The notes under the pieces are model-generated. The model did no database searches, was not told the origin of the DNA, and saw only the letters and a list, made by a program, of their open reading frames with translations. DNA of 64,000 nt from a virus: IMG/VR virus record IMGVR_UViG_3300025010_000010; one strand, given 5' to 3'. Made by a program: the position numbers and the translations under genes. Shown here one piece after another: positions 61,471-64,000 of the stretch. How positions within the stretch are numbered: position 1 is the first letter of the stretch; every line of letters begins with the position of its first letter.

Positions 61471-62871
61471 ATGATTGATTATTATGAATTGAGAAAAATT
61501 GTTAGCAAAATCATTCCTCGTCAAACAAGATTAAAACTTGATAAGAATATAGTGGATGCTGTTAAGGAAAAGGGGAGGAAAACAGGATACCATCAATTCA
61601 ATATTAAGAATAAGGAATGGGTAAAACAAGAAAGATTGTTAAATACTGAAACAGTAAACAGTTTTCTGGAAATATCTATCAGGGCTGCTGCTTGCCCTAT
61701 GCCGCTGAATTTGGATGTTTGGGACGGACTTATATGTCCCTTCAAATGTATTTATTGTTTTGCTAATGCTTTCCGGGCCAGCCTTTATACCGCCTTTTTT
61801 GATAATTCCAAAACAATGGGATACCGCCATTGTAATCCCGATTTTTATAAAACAGAACTTGATAAATTAATGGGGAGTAGGGGGCAAAATCCTAAAGAGC
61901 TTTCTGATATTAAAAAAGCCCTCGCAATGGAAATTCCTATAAGGTTTGGAATTCGTTTTGAAGATTTCCTTTATGCGGAAGGAAAGAAGGGGATAAGTTT
62001 GGAGTTGCTTCAATATCTTGCCAATGTTGATTATCCTGTAATGATTAATACCAAATCTGATCTTGTAGCAAGGGAAGAATATTTGCGGGCATTGGCGGAT
62101 AACAAAGGGAAGGCTGCCGTCCATATTACAATGATTTCCTCAAATGAAGGAATATTGAAAAAACTTGAACCAGGTGCCCCGACATTCAAAAAAAGAATAG
62201 AAGCCGGGAAAAAATTGGTGGATGCTGGAGTAAGAGTTGTTGCAAGAATTGAGCCATTTTTATTGTTTGTAAATGATAATAAGGACGATGTTGAAGATTA
62301 TATTTCTCAACTTAAAGATGCTGGGATTAAAAACATAACATTTGATACATATAGTTATACCGCCCATAATCCCGGTATTCGATCCGCTTTTGTTTCTGAG
62401 GGATATGATTTTGAAAGATTATTTCTTCTTGGTTGTGACTCTCAGGCAATAGGATCATTATTGCTTGGTTCTTTTATGGATATTTTTCAGAAACAAGGAT
62501 TTAGTTGCTCGACATTTGACATGGGTAATACTCCTCAAAATAATCAAACGGTTTGTTGTGAGGTTGAAGATTGGTTTGGAGATGGATATAATTATGGGTG
62601 TACAGTTTGGGCTTCAAGATACATTCAACAACAAAATGGAAAGCCGGTAAATTGGTTTGAGTTTGAAAAATTTGTTGAAGGAAAGGGCGGGTTTCTTACT
62701 GAAAAAATCAAAGCAGATGTAAAACAACTTTGGAATTGCGACGGGAATAATGCTTATAGTCATTCTTGGGCAAAAGGAATGGAAGCTGTTGGAATAGATG
62801 AAAACGGATTAATATGGAAATTCGTTAAACAAAGTGACTTTAGACTTGATATTTTAAATTCTATCATTTAA
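61471..62871 (+). CDS. radical SAM protein (SplB/COG1533-like), second copy
   Basis: CPFKCIYCFAN cluster; 466 aa. Confidence 0.7.
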   Translation: MIDYYELRKIVSKIIPRQTRLKLDKNIVDAVKEKGRKTGYHQFNIKNKEWVKQERLLNTETVNSFLEISIRAAACPMPLNLDVWDGLICPFKCIYCFANAFRASLYTAFFDNSKTMGYRHCNPDFYKTELDKLMGSRGQNPKELSDIKKALAMEIPIRFGIRFEDFLYAEGKKGISLELLQYLANVDYPVMINTKSDLVAREEYLRALADNKGKAAVHITMISSNEGILKKLEPGAPTFKKRIEAGKKLVDAGVRVVARIEPFLLFVNDNKDDVEDYISQLKDAGIKNITFDTYSYTAHNPGIRSAFVSEGYDFERLFLLGCDSQAIGSLLLGSFMDIFQKQGFSCSTFDMGNTPQNNQTVCCEVEDWFGDGYNYGCTVWASRYIQQQNGKPVNWFEFEKFVEGKGGFLTEKIKADVKQLWNCDGNNAYSHSWAKGMEAVGIDENGLIWKFVKQSDFRLDILNSII

Positions 62872-62884
62872 TCAGGAGAATAAA

Positions 62885-63670
62885 ATGGGAAAGAAAATTT
62901 CAAAATTGGTTGAAGAAATATTTTCACTTGCAGTTTCTATGGATCAATCCGGGAAACTTCGTAATTCAATTTATGCAATCAAAAACAAAATTTATATTCT
63001 TAACAGTGATTCCACAGTTCTTTTGAGATTCTTTTTAAGAAAATTTGAAACACCATTTGATCATCCTGTTGCCTTCCGGGCAAATGATTATGATAGCAGG
63101 GAATTTGAAGAAAGAGATGGGAATATTGTTTTCATTACTAAAGAAGGCGGGTATTTGCGAGAAAAAAGTTGCCGGATTCCTGATTCAACTCCTGAAGAAA
63201 TTGAAAAACTTTATCTTTCATACGACACAGAAGAAGCTGATAACGAAGTGATTATTCCCAAAACTATTTTGAGCCTTTTGGAAGATGGATTGAGCCATAT
63301 TGAATTTCGTGGAGAAAATGGGAAATTGTATATGGTTCAGCGTGATATTTATAGTGGTTCCATTATTGAGATTTCAAAGGATAAGAGTGCAAGCGGATTT
63401 GGGATTGATGTTGATAAAAAAATAAGTGATTTTGGTCCTATTGGGATCAGAACAAATGATTTTACTTCTTTGTTTATTTTTCAAGATCAAGTCAATTTTA
63501 ATTTTTTCAATGACGATAAATCTGATTATATTTATATCAAAGGGTTGAGCAATACTGTAAATATGTCAGGATTTATTTCTTGTTGCCGATACGATGAACT
63601 TTCAAACATTACGAGAAGTCAGGAGGTAGAAGATGGGCGGGAAGAGCAGAAAGTCAGGCGGAGTAAGTAA
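62885..63670 (+). CDS. hypothetical protein (sliding-clamp candidate, speculative)
   Basis: 261 aa. No other clamp candidate is visible although a clamp loader is present. There is no diagnostic motif. Confidence 0.3.
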   Translation: MGKKISKLVEEIFSLAVSMDQSGKLRNSIYAIKNKIYILNSDSTVLLRFFLRKFETPFDHPVAFRANDYDSREFEERDGNIVFITKEGGYLREKSCRIPDSTPEEIEKLYLSYDTEEADNEVIIPKTILSLLEDGLSHIEFRGENGKLYMVQRDIYSGSIIEISKDKSASGFGIDVDKKISDFGPIGIRTNDFTSLFIFQDQVNFNFFNDDKSDYIYIKGLSNTVNMSGFISCCRYDELSNITRSQEVEDGREEQKVRRSK

Positions 63671-63806
63671 GAAATTGATTCAGACTCTTTTGAATAAAAA
63701 AGACGGCAAAAAGAGTAATTGTGGAAACAAAAAGAAAATTCCAAAAACAAGTGGTTTCTTCGGAAACATTTCTGGAAATTCTGGAGATGGGGAAGATAAC
63801 ACCTAA
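63633..63806 (+). CDS. small basic Gly/Lys-rich protein (57 aa, below ORF-track cutoff)
   Basis: AGGAGG lies 6 nt upstream of the ATG. It overlaps the previous gene by 38 nt. Confidence 0.35.
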   Translation: MGGKSRKSGGVSKKLIQTLLNKKDGKKSNCGNKKKIPKTSGFFGNISGNSGDGEDNT

Positions 63807-64000
63807 TTTTTGGTGTTCAAAAGAATATCTTGATTTACTTGATATTGATATTGTTATCGACAATAATATTATTGAATGTTATGATGACGATATTTTAATC
63901 TTTCCTCCAATAAATATTAATACTTTTGAAATTGACTTGTCAAATAATCCAAGACGTATTTGGTCGGATTTTGATAAAAAAGATATTCAAGGATATAAAA
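63787..64000 (+). CDS. hypothetical protein, 3' end beyond the window
   Basis: ATG ORF open to the window edge (MGKITPNFWCSKEYLDLL...). Confidence 0.3.
   Translation, partial: MGKITPNFWCSKEYLDLLDIDIVIDNNIIECYDDDILIFPPININTFEIDLSNNPRRIWSDFDKKDIQGYK

Noticed and set aside
1-64000. Alternative genetic code (stop-codon reassignment), suggested by the odd tRNA-like gene with CTA/TAA in a loop.
   Set aside because: All large conserved genes (dnaE, TMP, terL, kdsB, helicase) are intact ORFs under the standard code.

Overview
The window is about 64 kb of a tailed-phage genome with a siphovirus-type tail module. There are no cellular housekeeping genes and no rRNA or CRISPR. All functional calls come from motif and architecture recognition by eye; no database search was run.

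Layout:
(i) 1-14358, + strand, AT-rich replication/recombination arm. It holds a DnaE-type polymerase (5' end outside the window), a radical SAM protein, an AAA+ clamp loader, a gp32-like SSB, a RecA-like recombinase, a FEN/5'-3' exonuclease, endonuclease VII, and an SbcCD-like nuclease whose ATPase is split into pieces around sbcD.
(ii) 14363-~22300, a sharply GC-richer island. It starts with an aberrant tRNA-Leu-like element, followed by two small + strand genes. A tightly overlapped - strand operon then encodes an SleB/CwlJ-type cell-wall hydrolase, holin-like and lipoprotein candidates, several secreted proteins, an SGNH esterase and a 702-aa fibre-like repeat protein. The AT-rich promoter, RBS and signal peptide of that fibre-like gene belong to the flanking phage.
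(iii) 22422-50086, - strand, AT-rich morphogenesis arm. It runs terminase small and large subunits, kdsB, portal, MuF-like protein, scaffold/protease-like protein, DUF2190-like protein and major capsid. A nine-gene sugar-tailoring, sulfotransferase and glycosyltransferase block then sits between the capsid and connector genes. After it come the connector and adaptor genes, major tail protein, G/G-T chaperones with a canonical -1 frameshift site, tape measure, and distal tail and fibre genes.
(iv) 50271-64000, + strand. It holds small early genes, a sigma-70-like factor, primase, an initiator-like gene with DNA-level iterons inside it, a DnaC-like loader, a DnaB-like helicase, and a radical SAM - PLP enzyme - radical SAM trio.

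Arms (iv) and (i) are probably contiguous in the full genome.

Best candidates for something new:
- the glycan/sulfation pathway embedded in the head-tail operon, together with kdsB wedged between portal and terminase;
- the rSAM-PLP-rSAM module;
- the GC-rich host-interaction and lysis cassette, with an in-frame junction inside the fibre gene and a deviant tRNA-like RNA at its other edge.
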